A program made the translations under genes and the position numbers. The notes under the pieces were generated by a model. It saw only the letters and a list, made by a program, of their open reading frames with translations, ran no database searches and had not been told where the DNA came from. A DNA stretch of 64,000 nt from a virus (lineage: Duplodnaviria; Caudoviricetes), in IMG/VR virus record IMGVR_UViG_3300020050_009955, positions 35,356-99,355 of that record. One strand, given 5' to 3'. This document shows positions 26,301 through 35,329 of this stretch, one piece after another (position 1 is the stretch's first letter; every line of letters starts with the position of its first letter).

Positions 26301-27410
26301 CAGACTTCTTTATTAAGTACAGATACAGCTTTATTACCATATAGTACTTCAGAAGAAGTCATGGTGGCTATGTATTTTATTGCACAAATGAATCATATAA
26401 AGATCAAACAAGGTCCTATGAAGGGTAAATCTATGTGGGATATGTATGATGCTGTAGTTGAAAGAGATCCTATTACAGGAGTAGAATATACAGATTTTAA
26501 ATATAAAACAGATCCTACAACTGGTAAGCCTTATGTTAGAGGGGTAATTACAGACTCTCACGGTAATATTCAAGAGATGACTGAATTAACAAATAAAGAA
26601 ATAATGGCAATGCATGCTATCTATGAAGAAAAACAAGGAGGTTTTGCACAATTAGATAGGACTTTTATAGAGTCTTCTATTTTAGGGCAAATGTTTGTAC
26701 AATTTAGAAGACACTTACAATCTATAATACGGCATGGTCTTCAAAGTTATGGAACTTCTTATATAAAAGGTAGATATCAAGATACTAAAAAATTAGATGC
26801 TAATGGTAATGTAATATATGAATTTACTCCAAAACAAATCGAAGGTAAGTGGATGACTATATTGGGAACTCTTCTATATTATATTCCTTTAATTAGTCAA
26901 GTATTTGGAAAGAATACCAAAATTGCTAAATGGACAGAAGGTACTTTTCCTAAAGGATTAGATTCATATGCATTAAATAAACTAGATCAAGGACAATTAG
27001 AAAACTTAATAGATGCAAGTATGAATATAATGCTATGGGCAGCTATGAAAGCTTGTACGTTTTTAGCATTTGGAGGTACAGATAAAGATGACAGAGCTAC
27101 TAGATTAGCTCAAAAAATTATTGATGAAACATTACAGCATTGGAAAGTTTGGAAAATTGTTCAAGATATTCAACAAACTCCAGCCACACTTAAAGTAATA
27201 TCTTCTATGATAGAAGGTACGGCAACTTTAAGTGCTTCTGTATTATTATATGGATTTAATGATATGGTGTTTGATATTGAAGAAAAGGAATATATGACTA
27301 GAGATAACGAACTAAGAGGTCTCACAGAATTTGAAAAAAATGTTCCAGTGTTCTCCTCCTTACGTACTACATACCTCACGGCATTAGATTTTATGGGAGA
27401 TGAAGAATAA
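23373..27410 (+). CDS. Large virion protein (1345 aa) with a PD-(D/E)xK nuclease-like domain
   Basis: N-terminal MSCPNINSPEWKDL motif, as seen in crAss-like large proteins. HRGKVME, LDMLIE...IIDFKAG and KLQIMWEAM follow a RecB/PD-(D/E)xK pattern. Confidence 0.6.
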   Translation: MSCPNINSPEWKDLVELVGEPMAYRVFAVDPELTRVNELRQNFLDEKRKFSFAIRRPRNTSSRAKSEISETYEKVLKSIDRANSVESRSSSFTKVLNLGATLDSTIDYKGLTTPDGVINKFRQKAHIDSVEYIRKQAEELYKDTVPGTKILHVFSKDPLTKEEYIENRKRYSEYAAHRGKVMELILTIPLMTQGVEQDKAFEELDDLYDKINEYKEFLESILEEKKAKINDTWHGWALEDKRFPKRIFDILGIDIFSEDSTVHYTFQPTMKSDILETKAVLDMLIEHEPHRYSIIDFKAGFKFGQMSSSIPLKYYRQATGDISDNPQDIAKLQIMWEAMLVRINDPKATFQNLTAIWITEENSLYKSGIKFHVNPRDYIGIIVEYLKAEHPEKYEKLLLIDPELFDFRTYTAESTESKEFKKRFPDSAEDKLLNDVTQEIIYRQNYMDYNTDGERRGVDNKIRDLYDLMLDHNADNVAKTGMGLNKNMDFKTIRDLSLGEYWVGSFYNIKHAVISATLEVVHKQMLKATTDYNKDSLIFRSIMKNIIIDYAKDRDAGSVDRLQNLLADPFTEWSPALRKILGTFDQNILNGWIYVTKFDKESNANEMLYATTEEELLENAKDPKYKWILDSSGKVKKPYIQMMQFLNEKYGSVLDAKRKDSMWNTKLSYKLVHGKPVDISFGDEINSSEYRKRSPFKYKKGFFPKVAKLREEFPVLSFRNFFKKYFTNFYELAFMEYGNNDELIPIQGLTSKYNSIEGEFSMSLENQFETFMKSAYAKQHLTKAYALIEAIKIKNSDVKTGKVLLPRLQSWLTAQQEMALRGRRPQLTNTFSRSLPFSFSFASKDDDQMIKTMQTFDLGKFLQSFGQLTGYMRLGFNLPGGFKNTMGIMMSSFTEASKQSLMQRFYNDPKATRFINDFTTMGAAEFALALKPAIGIQIDGMKGNLNKNKAWVLMNKFGYIPSISPLRSETKYFTSKQTSLLSTDTALLPYSTSEEVMVAMYFIAQMNHIKIKQGPMKGKSMWDMYDAVVERDPITGVEYTDFKYKTDPTTGKPYVRGVITDSHGNIQEMTELTNKEIMAMHAIYEEKQGGFAQLDRTFIESSILGQMFVQFRRHLQSIIRHGLQSYGTSYIKGRYQDTKKLDANGNVIYEFTPKQIEGKWMTILGTLLYYIPLISQVFGKNTKIAKWTEGTFPKGLDSYALNKLDQGQLENLIDASMNIMLWAAMKACTFLAFGGTDKDDRATRLAQKIIDETLQHWKVWKIVQDIQQTPATLKVISSMIEGTATLSASVLLYGFNDMVFDIEEKEYMTRDNELRGLTEFEKNVPVFSSLRTTYLTALDFMGDEE

Positions 27411-27684
27411 AGACTACTCCCTTAATCCAGATGAGTATAGTATGTATATCTATAAAAAACCTAATTCAGAAGGATTAATGGTTTTATATACAGTATATAC
27501 TCAAGAACAATGTATTATAGAACATGTGTCTAAAAAGCACGCATTGAAAATGTATAAATCTTTATTTGAAATAGAAAATCCTTGTATAATATTACCTGTT
27601 AAAGATATAATCTTAAAATTATTTCTGGATGCTCAAACTGTAGAAACAATAAAGGATATAATAGAACGCTACTACAATCTGTAG
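27400..27684 (+). CDS. Hypothetical protein (94 aa)
   Basis: ORF overlaps the previous stop and ends just before the terminator. Confidence 0.6.
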   Translation: MKNKDYSLNPDEYSMYIYKKPNSEGLMVLYTVYTQEQCIIEHVSKKHALKMYKSLFEIENPCIILPVKDIILKLFLDAQTVETIKDIIERYYNL

Positions 27685-27732
27685 TAAAAAAAAGGCCCTA
27701 CCAAGATTTCTCTCAGTAGGGCCTAATTATTT
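27685..27732. terminator. Bidirectional intrinsic terminator at the convergent strand switch
   Basis: A8-GGCCCTAC-loop-GTAGGGCC-TAATTATTT, lying between convergent gene blocks. Confidence 0.85.
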
Positions 27733-27743
27733 AATCACCAAAC

Positions 27744-28202
27744 TTATTTCACAACAGCTTCCTGGCGTTTCTTAACGCCATATTTTTTTACATACCAAGA
27801 ATAAAATAAGTTAACTGCCAAATCAGCTTCGGGATCTTCACTAACTTTTGTTTTAACGATCTCTAAATGCTTTTCAGACGGTTTGAATTTAAACTCATTA
27901 TTATTAACGAGTTTTTTACTCTTATATGTTTTACGTACTTCGTACAAAAAGTCTTCAAGAGGGCCTTCCAATTTAGCAGGAGCTACAATCTTCTTCTCTT
28001 CGACAGTCTTGTTTAATCTCCTTTTTACTAAATCTTGATACTCCTCTATAGTTATCTTTAGAATATCTAAAGCTTCACGCCTGCTTACTGCAGGCTTTTG
28101 TATTTCTTGTATTTTTGTTTCAACAGGTGTTGGTTTAACATCCTGAACTAGAAATTGAGCCAGCTTCTGGCGCAAGTTCAGTGTCTGATTTAGGATACCC
28201 AT
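27744..28202 (-). CDS. Hypothetical protein (152 aa)
   Basis: ORF track; K/E-rich. Confidence 0.6.
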   Translation of the reverse strand: MGILNQTLNLRQKLAQFLVQDVKPTPVETKIQEIQKPAVSRREALDILKITIEEYQDLVKRRLNKTVEEKKIVAPAKLEGPLEDFLYEVRKTYKSKKLVNNNEFKFKPSEKHLEIVKTKVSEDPEADLAVNLFYSWYVKKYGVKKRQEAVVK

Positions 28203-28716
28203 AAATTTCGTTCTCTTTTTCGGGTCTGCTCCAGACCTCCATATCTTCGGTAAATTCTACTCCAATTCTTTCCTCCCAATACTTACGTAAATCAGGATGT
28301 TTGACTAGAACTTTGTAGTTATTGGAAAAATCAGGTTTTCCATTAGCCCCTATAGCAACTTCATTAAAGTTTTTTCGTGTATAATCCCTACATATTTTGG
28401 AATATTTACCTTCTAAAAAAGGCGCAACTATTTTTCTATAATTATCTTCTGTAATATGAAATTCTAATAATAAATCAGAATCAAGTAATTCCGCTGAAAT
28501 ATATTCTGGGCGTTTTATTAACTCTGTTCTAAATGCAGGGCTTATTTGATTTAAATTAAATAAAAGATAAATAGACTCTCCCCACTTATCTTTAGTTTTA
28601 TGATAAGCCCCTAAATAAGAATCTTTAAATCCTTCTTTTAGAAGAGTTTTATAAGGTATATCTAATATATTCTTTATAAAAGACGTAGTTAGCGTCATAA
28701 CTAATTGTTTTACCAA
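28135..28716 (-). CDS. Conserved crAss-like hypothetical protein (start may be the ATG at 28698)
   Basis: ORF track; FLEGKYSK and LRKYWEERIG...EVWS motifs. Confidence 0.6.
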   Translation of the reverse strand: MVKQLVMTLTTSFIKNILDIPYKTLLKEGFKDSYLGAYHKTKDKWGESIYLLFNLNQISPAFRTELIKRPEYISAELLDSDLLLEFHITEDNYRKIVAPFLEGKYSKICRDYTRKNFNEVAIGANGKPDFSNNYKVLVKHPDLRKYWEERIGVEFTEDMEVWSRPEKENEIYGYPKSDTELAPEAGSISSSGC

Positions 28717-28734
28717 TTATTTTCGGTTGGTTTA

Positions 28735-28768
28735 GGTTTGGGCACATACACCCGAACCTTTTCTTTTT
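28735..28768 (+). terminator. Plus-strand-oriented intrinsic terminator inside the minus-strand block
   Basis: GGTTTGGG-cacataca-CCCGAACC followed by TTTTCTTTTT. The G.U pair forms only in the plus-strand RNA. Confidence 0.5.
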
Positions 28769-29811
28769 TAGGTACCTTCCGTACCTTCTTCACTTTGGAC
28801 TGTTCCATAAGAAAAAACATTTAATTTTAATCTGCCTTTGCCTTCAAAAACCTCTTGTGGTAAATCCCATTGCTGTGATTCTGTATGGTATTTAAAAGCC
28901 TCTATTAATTGATTTACTCCTTTGTAATGTTTCCCATATCTATAACCTCCAGTTAATCCGGCTTGGATGTCTTCTGGTGTAGTTTCAAATATAAGAGCAG
29001 GATATGATGAGGATAGTTTAGAATCTACTACAATGAAACTGAATGGTAACCACGCGTAGTCTAACAACTCTGGTCTGTTTTCTTCAATCCATTTTCGTAG
29101 AGCTATTGTATAAAAGGCTGCTTGCCTGTAGTATCCAAATTGAACAAATGATATAGGAAATTCATAGACATTTTTACCTATTGTTTTTAAATCAAAGGGT
29201 TCTATCTCTTTAGTTTCATGGTTAATTCTTACACCATCCATAAGAGCTTTACAATCATAACCCATATACTCAAAGTAAATAGGTAATTGGTGAATCAATT
29301 CTACATGATCGTAATCATTCCTAAAGTATTGATATGTAAAAGTATTTGCAATGAGCTTGTCTTTACAAGCTATAACAGTCTCATACTCATCCTTAGCGAG
29401 TATTGATTTACCTTGCGTATTTCTAGTAGCGTTATAGTATTCTACAGCTGTAGGGTTAGTCCAGAAAGAGTCTATAACTCTATCAATTTTCATTTTATAA
29501 CCAGCTTTATCATAAGCCTCTTTGTACATGTCTACAGAAGCTTCTGGAGTAATACCAGCAGGTAGAGATTCTACAAACTTACCCATAAACCCAAAAGGCT
29601 TAGAAGCATCTACAACTAGAAATTCATCTTCAAATACACCATTTCCTGTAAGAATACAGTCTAAAGCAGACCCTATCCTAAAATGTTTTTTATCATCGTC
29701 TTCCATATCGGGATTATCCATTTTCATTTTAACCCAACGTGGATTTACTAGCGAGCCTAATATCGAATTTGACAGGCGTTTCGCAGCAAAATATTCTTTA
29801 ATTTTGTCCAA
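28768..29811 (-). CDS. PD-(D/E)xK exonuclease (RecE/exonuclease VIII-like, DUF3799-type)
   Basis: LSNS, FRIGSALDC, QLPIY, CKALMD, FDLKT and YYRQAAFY motifs; TTG start. Confidence 0.8.
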   Translation of the reverse strand: MDKIKEYFAAKRLSNSILGSLVNPRWVKMKMDNPDMEDDDKKHFRIGSALDCILTGNGVFEDEFLVVDASKPFGFMGKFVESLPAGITPEASVDMYKEAYDKAGYKMKIDRVIDSFWTNPTAVEYYNATRNTQGKSILAKDEYETVIACKDKLIANTFTYQYFRNDYDHVELIHQLPIYFEYMGYDCKALMDGVRINHETKEIEPFDLKTIGKNVYEFPISFVQFGYYRQAAFYTIALRKWIEENRPELLDYAWLPFSFIVVDSKLSSSYPALIFETTPEDIQAGLTGGYRYGKHYKGVNQLIEAFKYHTESQQWDLPQEVFEGKGRLKLNVFSYGTVQSEEGTEGT

Positions 29812-29839
29812 AAGTTTATAATTTAAACTTTATATTCGT

Positions 29840-29986
29840 TTAATAGATTGAAGCTAGATAGAACCAGATAGATAGTATTACTACTACCACACCTAGTAAT
29901 ATCCACTTCATATTCCATAGGGCATTGACCTCACATTCTTTATAGCAAGGAGTCCCTGGATTGCAAGTACATTTGTGTGGTCTCAT
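29840..29986 (-). CDS. Small Cys-rich single-pass membrane protein (48 aa; not in the ORF track)
   Basis: Reads MRPHKCTCNPGTPCYKECEVNALWNMKWILLGVVVVILSIWFYLASIY*. It has a TAATG overlap with the upstream stop and fills the gap exactly. Confidence 0.7.
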   Translation of the reverse strand: MRPHKCTCNPGTPCYKECEVNALWNMKWILLGVVVVILSIWFYLASIY

Positions 29987-30411
29987 TATTTTAAACCTTT
30001 TATGATTTCGATACTAAGATCAATTTGTTTATTACTAGTTGGAAGAAATAATCTAAAGTGTAAATTATTGGCGTATAAATAAGCCTTGAACATTTTCCAT
30101 TTGATATTGAATTCAGGAGTTCTATGTCCTTTAGTTTCAATTATCCAATCTGATCCTACAAAATCTGGAATATATTTAACTTTATTAATCTTTCTTCCGA
30201 GGTTGGAGAATACATTCTCCCCCTTTAATCTTTTAGGTTCCCAGACTTCGAAGTCGTGATAGAACTCGTCTAATAAGATAAAGGCTGTTGGTTCATATTC
30301 GAACTCTAGATTATTTTCTTTTAATTTTGCATAGCAGTAAGACTCTAGCTTAGACCTAAATTGGTTTCCACTAGAGTCTGTTGTTTTTTCTGCTTTGTAT
30401 TTACCTGACAT
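29986..30411 (-). CDS. T7 endonuclease I-like / PD-(D/E)xK Holliday junction resolvase
   Basis: FRSKLE, FEYE, YIPDF and IIETKG motifs. Confidence 0.8.
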   Translation of the reverse strand: MSGKYKAEKTTDSSGNQFRSKLESYCYAKLKENNLEFEYEPTAFILLDEFYHDFEVWEPKRLKGENVFSNLGRKINKVKYIPDFVGSDWIIETKGHRTPEFNIKWKMFKAYLYANNLHFRLFLPTSNKQIDLSIEIIKGLK

Positions 30412-30478
30412 TATATGTATTTTCGCACAATATACGAAACTTTATTTTAAAATGTACAAAATGTACATGGCGAGTATT

Positions 30479-31486
30479 TTAATTGACAACAGCGATTCTT
30501 CCATATGTCCTTGAAAGACCTCTTGCACTAACAGAACGTAAATATTTTTCTGCAATCATATGAGGTAAGGCTTGTTGGTAATGTTGAGCTGTTACATTAG
30601 GACATGGGTTATCTGGAATAACATCCATTCCTGGGTTTGTATTAGTTTCTGAGATATAGAATTTTCTTGTATGCTTGTTATACATAACATCAGTGCAACA
30701 GAAATCTAATCCCATTAATTCAGCAGCCTTCACAGAGGCTTCTACCATTTTGTCCCATTCTTCGGGTTTTCTAAAATTTGATGAGAAAGTAACTACTCCA
30801 GTAGCAAAATTCCTAGTTGCAGGATTTATTGCATATGGATTACGTAACTTCTTTTCGATTCCTAAAATTTCACCATTAGATCTAAGGTGTGTTCCACCAG
30901 AACGTACTGTCCAACTCCCTTCAGGAGTCTTTAAAGCATATTCATATTTGTAAACAATACTTTTATCTTTTAATAATGGTGAAACATGAATCCTGTATTC
31001 GTTTGTGAAAAGAAAATATTCCTCAAAGAAATATTCCCTAATTTTACTTGGCGGTATTTCGGCCACAAACTTTTGCAGATCCTCCGCATTATTAAGGAAA
31101 TACATACCTTTACCGCCAAATCCATATTTTAATTTAGCAACCATTGGGAATCCTATTTCCTGTTCTAGCAGATCTAATTTAGTTTGTCTAGCATCAATGT
31201 ATCTCGATGCATGATTGTATTTAAGCAACACTGGACAGTGTTCTTTAATTGTATCTTTCGTTAGAGTTTTAGAAGAACTAATTCTAATGCCAGAAGGAGT
31301 ATTAATTCGAAGTCTTTGTGGTTCGGAAGGTTTAGTAGAACCAAAGGAAACATCAACTGGGTAAGAAAAAACACAATTCTTAATAGGATATCTATCTGGA
31401 GAACCTATTGGAAAATTCGTATTTTTTCTAAAATAGCGCTTCATTTTTGAAGATTTGCCCCCAAAGAAGTTAGGATAATAACGCAT
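30479..31486 (-). CDS. ATP-grasp (RimK-like) amide ligase
   Basis: FPMVAK..GFGGKGM, EEY, EYRIHV, GLDFCCTDV and ISETNTNPG. Confidence 0.85.
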   Translation of the reverse strand: MRYYPNFFGGKSSKMKRYFRKNTNFPIGSPDRYPIKNCVFSYPVDVSFGSTKPSEPQRLRINTPSGIRISSSKTLTKDTIKEHCPVLLKYNHASRYIDARQTKLDLLEQEIGFPMVAKLKYGFGGKGMYFLNNAEDLQKFVAEIPPSKIREYFFEEYFLFTNEYRIHVSPLLKDKSIVYKYEYALKTPEGSWTVRSGGTHLRSNGEILGIEKKLRNPYAINPATRNFATGVVTFSSNFRKPEEWDKMVEASVKAAELMGLDFCCTDVMYNKHTRKFYISETNTNPGMDVIPDNPCPNVTAQHYQQALPHMIAEKYLRSVSARGLSRTYGRIAVVN

Positions 31487-31503
31487 AATTTAAGTTTAAA
31501 AAG

Positions 31504-32136
31504 TTACCAATTTATTTCTGAAAGCTTTTTGGTTTTTAAAAATTTGTTAATTTGAGTAAAAGGTTTTGAACCTTTAAATGGTGGAAATTTTCCACACGGT
31601 TTCTCCCACGAAAGCGGGGATGGGTGCGATGATGCAACAATTTTATGTTTCTTTTGATCTATATATGGTAGATAGCTAATAGCATTAGCGCCCCATAATA
31701 CAAATATGACAAAGTCTTTGCTTTGTGAAATATGTCCTAATAATTCTTTAGTAAATGGGTCCCATAAATTTTTATGAATGTTAGGCATACCTTGCTCTAC
31801 TGTGAGAGCTGTGTTTAATAATAACACCCCCTGAGCTGGGAGTTTATTTAATTCTCCAATTGGTTGTTTGGTATCGTACATCATCTCTGAAAGTATATTT
31901 CTAAGAGATGGTTGTGGTTTAGAATAATCTAAAACATCAAATGCTAAACCTGTAGCTACCCCTGGTGTGTGATAAGGATCCTGCCCAAGAATGACGACTT
32001 TAACGTCGTCTAATGGACATTCTTCTAAGGCTCTAAAAACATTATTTCTAGAAGGGTATATCGTCTTCTCTATTAAGGATGACATTATTTCTGCTGTCTT
32101 GCTTTCCAGAGTAGGCGTGGAATAAGAATTTTTCAT
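31504..32136 (-). CDS. ung: Uracil-DNA glycosylase, family 1
   Basis: GQDPYH, GLAF, PSLRNI, QGVLLLNTALTV, LWG and HPSPLS. Confidence 0.95.
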   Translation of the reverse strand: MKNSYSTPTLESKTAEIMSSLIEKTIYPSRNNVFRALEECPLDDVKVVILGQDPYHTPGVATGLAFDVLDYSKPQPSLRNILSEMMYDTKQPIGELNKLPAQGVLLLNTALTVEQGMPNIHKNLWDPFTKELLGHISQSKDFVIFVLWGANAISYLPYIDQKKHKIVASSHPSPLSWEKPCGKFPPFKGSKPFTQINKFLKTKKLSEINW

Positions 32137-33103
32137 ATCTGTGATACGATTTGGATAGTATTCGTTTTAACATCCTATATGATGAGTATTTTCCATATCT
32201 CTTATAATAATCCGAAATGTCCTTCGATTTAAATAGAAACATGTAAGGGATGTCTAATTTTAGAGCAGCTTGTATTCCAGCATTATCGTAGTCATAGAAA
32301 CTTACGATGTATTGAAATCTTTTACGTAACTCTTTAATAACTGTATTAGGTATGTTAGTGGATTCAGAATTTGGACAAATGGCTGGTATGCCTAACTCGT
32401 GTAGCACCATTACATCCTTTAGAGATTTTGTTATTACTAACAACTTCCCTTGCAACGGTAACTGAGTTAAACCCCACAATACATTTTTATTAGTTTTCGC
32501 TAGCCACTTAAATGTGGAACTTAAAGGTCTGTATAATTTAAATTTTGTAGAATCGTTTGTAGTGTACACAAAGATAGGATTACCTTTAGTACTACGCCAG
32601 CCATTGTCTCCAAATTTTACTGCTTTAACACAGTATACACCATACTTGAGGAGAGTATCTGAGCTGACCCCATAGTGAGCCCAGTACTCTATCTCATTTT
32701 TTTCGTATGGTTTGATTGAATAAGTGATTTCAATATCAGTCTTAGTAGTTTCTATGATTTTTATCTCAAGTTCTTTATTTACAGGACTAGGGTTAGTTGT
32801 ACCTAATTTTAAATTTAAATCATCATTTATTAACTTAAGAACTTGACCAAAGTTTAGTTTATATTTCTCCATAATAGCTTCGAAGCAATTCCAGCTCATA
32901 TCCTGAGCAAAATCATGCAGAACTAAACGACCGGAGGAATTCCGGTAAAAACCGCATGATGCTTTCTTATCTGTTCTGAATGGAGAACATATTGAACCTT
33001 CGACTTTAGAGATATACTTAGAAAATATCTGCTCATCGCTGACCCGCAATAATATATTAGCAGCTGTCAATTTAGATTCTAACAGATCTTTTCCTTGTAA
33101 CAT
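32048..33103 (-). CDS. DNA primase (crAss-type, TOPRIM)
   Basis: SPFRTD..SC..LHDF N-terminal domain, FKLYRP, ITKSLKDVM and YDYDNAG TOPRIM motifs. Confidence 0.85.
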   Translation of the reverse strand: MLQGKDLLESKLTAANILLRVSDEQIFSKYISKVEGSICSPFRTDKKASCGFYRNSSGRLVLHDFAQDMSWNCFEAIMEKYKLNFGQVLKLINDDLNLKLGTTNPSPVNKELEIKIIETTKTDIEITYSIKPYEKNEIEYWAHYGVSSDTLLKYGVYCVKAVKFGDNGWRSTKGNPIFVYTTNDSTKFKLYRPLSSTFKWLAKTNKNVLWGLTQLPLQGKLLVITKSLKDVMVLHELGIPAICPNSESTNIPNTVIKELRKRFQYIVSFYDYDNAGIQAALKLDIPYMFLFKSKDISDYYKRYGKYSSYRMLKRILSKSYHRYEKFLFHAYSGKQDSRNNVILNREDDIPF

Positions 33104-33104
33104 A

Positions 33105-33683
33105 TTATACTACGTCTGAGATATCTGGTTTACTAGAAGCATCGGACTGAGAGTTCGCATGCATTCTACTTAGCTCGGATGGTTTGAATGTAAGTTTAGG
33201 AGCTTGTCCATCTACATACGGTTCCAAATAACCCACGTACCTAGAGATATCTGGATATTTACCATCCATAGTTTTTATAACTTTCAGATTTACGAATTTC
33301 GTGTTGGTATATGGCATAAGCAATGTTCGAATTGCTGTAGCAGTAGATTTGAGATCGCTAATCGGAATATTGGAAGCGGTCTCTACGCCCACCATATTCT
33401 TGGCTAAATCTAACAAATGATATAATGCTTCATGGATTCGTAGCTCATACGTTTCCTGCACGGACATTCCTTCTTTAGCTGTGGTTTTAGCCATATCAGG
33501 AATCCATAAACGTTTGTTTATAGTAGCGCCATTGGCAGGGTCCTCAAATAGTATATCGACATAAGTGTCAGTTATCTCAATATCTTTGAGCTTAATCTTC
33601 GAATGTATTCCTGATGGAATTTTGCTAGATCCTCCAGAGTTCATTTTGTCAAAAAGATCTTTACCAAATAAATTTGTTTGCAT
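33105..33683 (-). CDS. Putative single-stranded DNA-binding protein
   Basis: Lies between the AAA ATPase and primase. It has a beta-rich N-terminus (IPSGIH..IKLKDI) and a flexible S/D-rich tail. Confidence 0.45.
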   Translation of the reverse strand: MQTNLFGKDLFDKMNSGGSSKIPSGIHSKIKLKDIEITDTYVDILFEDPANGATINKRLWIPDMAKTTAKEGMSVQETYELRIHEALYHLLDLAKNMVGVETASNIPISDLKSTATAIRTLLMPYTNTKFVNLKVIKTMDGKYPDISRYVGYLEPYVDGQAPKLTFKPSELSRMHANSQSDASSKPDISDVV

Positions 33684-33717
33684 AACGTTGTGGTTTTTTA
33701 AACGTTATATTCGGATA

Positions 33718-35221
33718 TTAGGCATAATATTCATTAGCCTTATTAATTACAAAGTCAAGGTCATTGGGAATTTCTATATCATCAAACATACCCATTGGAC
33801 TTTTCCCTGGGTGTGTATCTGTTGTATTAGTTACAAATGTATAATCAGCTTTCTTAGCTACAGGATCATAATTAACTTTAGTATATAAGATACAAGTTAG
33901 GTTTTCTTCTGGAGAAAACTTTTCCTTAATCATTTTACCACCAAGTTTAATTTCTTTAGTTATACCATAACCATCTTTCATTTCCATATTTTCGTGAAAC
34001 ATGAAGACTATATTTAAATCTTCTCTACAGTTTTTAGCTGCTTGCATTATTTGAAAGAAATGGTTAGCCATATCAGAAAATTTGCTATCCGTGTGTATTT
34101 CTACACACGATGGACTATATCTTAACTTTGATTTTGTCTTACTTTTTGATTTATAATTTTTTCAATATCCCAACCTTTATGTTTTCTATCGACAATATTT
34201 AATATAGGTATACCAGACATTTCAGATAATTCTGTTAAAGTATATGATTGTCCTTTATAGTGATATAATTTATTAAATGGATCTTTTTGAATTGCTTGTT
34301 CAAATGTTAATCCACTTCTTGTGATTCTACCATACAAAGTATTGTATTTTATACCTAACTCTTTTGCCCAAGTTTTTAACGTCTGCGTCTTATTTTTATA
34401 AGTGATAAAAACATTGTGATTTATTTTATTATTAGCTTGAGTATATTTATCCGCCCATCTACAATTATCTTTAGTATAATTTCCATTACCATCTATTCTG
34501 TCTATGGAACATCCTTCCGGACATATTCCCATATCTTCTATAAAATTTTTAAATGAATTCCACCGTATATCAACTTGTATATTATGTAATTGGTAATAAG
34601 TGTTACTAAAGCATGTTGAATTACATCGAGCTCTTAAAGCTTTCCATATTCTATACTCTCTGGGATATTGTTTTTTAAATGATTCTTTCATTGTACACAT
34701 TGTTATTATTTTCAAAGTTCCCTCCGTTTCGGCTTAATAAGCCTACGTCTTACGACTAGTCTCTGAACGTTTCCCATTTTACAAGGACTTCGCTGCTGAT
34801 TGTCTAATATTAATAGTTTTTAAACATTCACGATTACAGTTTTCTGTTGCGTTGTAGTCTATTAATCTTAAAGAGTTTCCAGCAATTAGAAGGGTTTATA
34901 CAGAGCATAGCATTAATACCCTGCTTCATTAGAACGTTTAAATTCTTCTATGAACATAGTATAACCTACATCTTCTAGTACCACAGTTTTAATATCTGGT
35001 CTATCTGAAGATATCTTTTGCAAGATGGTTATAATTTGATCGTAACTAGAAATGTCAGCTAGATTTTTGGCTTCTTTATTGTATAATTTTTCGCTGCCCT
35101 TGAAGGGTAAAGCTTTACCTAATACGTTGATGATATATGTGGATTTGGGATCGAGGGTTCTAATCGAGGTAGATTTCCCTGACCCAGATTTGCCCACTAT
35201 CCCTATGAGACGTTTGTTCAT
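33718..35221 (-). CDS. AAA_24/Sak4-like ATPase, two exons (35221-34918 and 34088-33718; about 224 aa spliced)
   Basis: GKSGSGKSTS Walker A and VVLED Walker B in exon 1. The spliced junction reads AG-Y-SKFSDMANH. Exon 2 carries FHE, GKM and KSPMGMF..IPNDL. Confidence 0.88.
34089..34917 (-). mobile_element. Group I self-splicing intron carrying an HNH endonuclease
   Basis: Core elements P AATTGCTGGAAA, Q AATCAGCAG, R TTCAGAGACTA and S AAGATATAGTCC. P1 is GCAGGGU/GCUCUGU with the U.G pair, P10 is UGCUAU/AUAGCA, and there is a P9 hairpin and a terminal G. Confidence 0.92.
34122..34715 (-). CDS. Intron-encoded HNH homing endonuclease
   Basis: SIDRIDGNGNYTKDNCRWAD..QANN, followed by two C-terminal HTH-like repeats. 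Confidence 0.9.
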   Translation of the reverse strand: MKIITMCTMKESFKKQYPREYRIWKALRARCNSTCFSNTYYQLHNIQVDIRWNSFKNFIEDMGICPEGCSIDRIDGNGNYTKDNCRWADKYTQANNKINHNVFITYKNKTQTLKTWAKELGIKYNTLYGRITRSGLTFEQAIQKDPFNKLYHYKGQSYTLTELSEMSGIPILNIVDRKHKGWDIEKIINQKVRQNQS

Positions 35222-35329
35222 TTAGCATTATTAAAACGCTATATTCGGATAAATAAAGCCAAAGTGTAGAATACACTTACGACTTTAAGAAATTCAAAGA
35301 ATTCCATTTTAGTTTTATTTTTGAGTTAA

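Noticed and set aside
1367-27379. Short minus-strand ORFs inside the giant plus-strand genes
   Set aside because: They are antisense shadows with S/L/F-rich composition, no motifs, and lie fully inside strong CDSs.
30425-30462. Bacteroidota housekeeping promoter (TTTG...TAnnTTTG-like) upstream of the endonuclease
   Set aside because: The -7 box is imperfect (TATATTGT) and the spacing is about 22 nt, which is weak evidence in AT-rich DNA.
35239-35307. 22-aa hydrophobic minus-strand ORF (MEFFEFLKVV...) between dnaB and the AAA gene
   Set aside because: Too short to call without conservation data, and it overlaps the repeated upstream motif.
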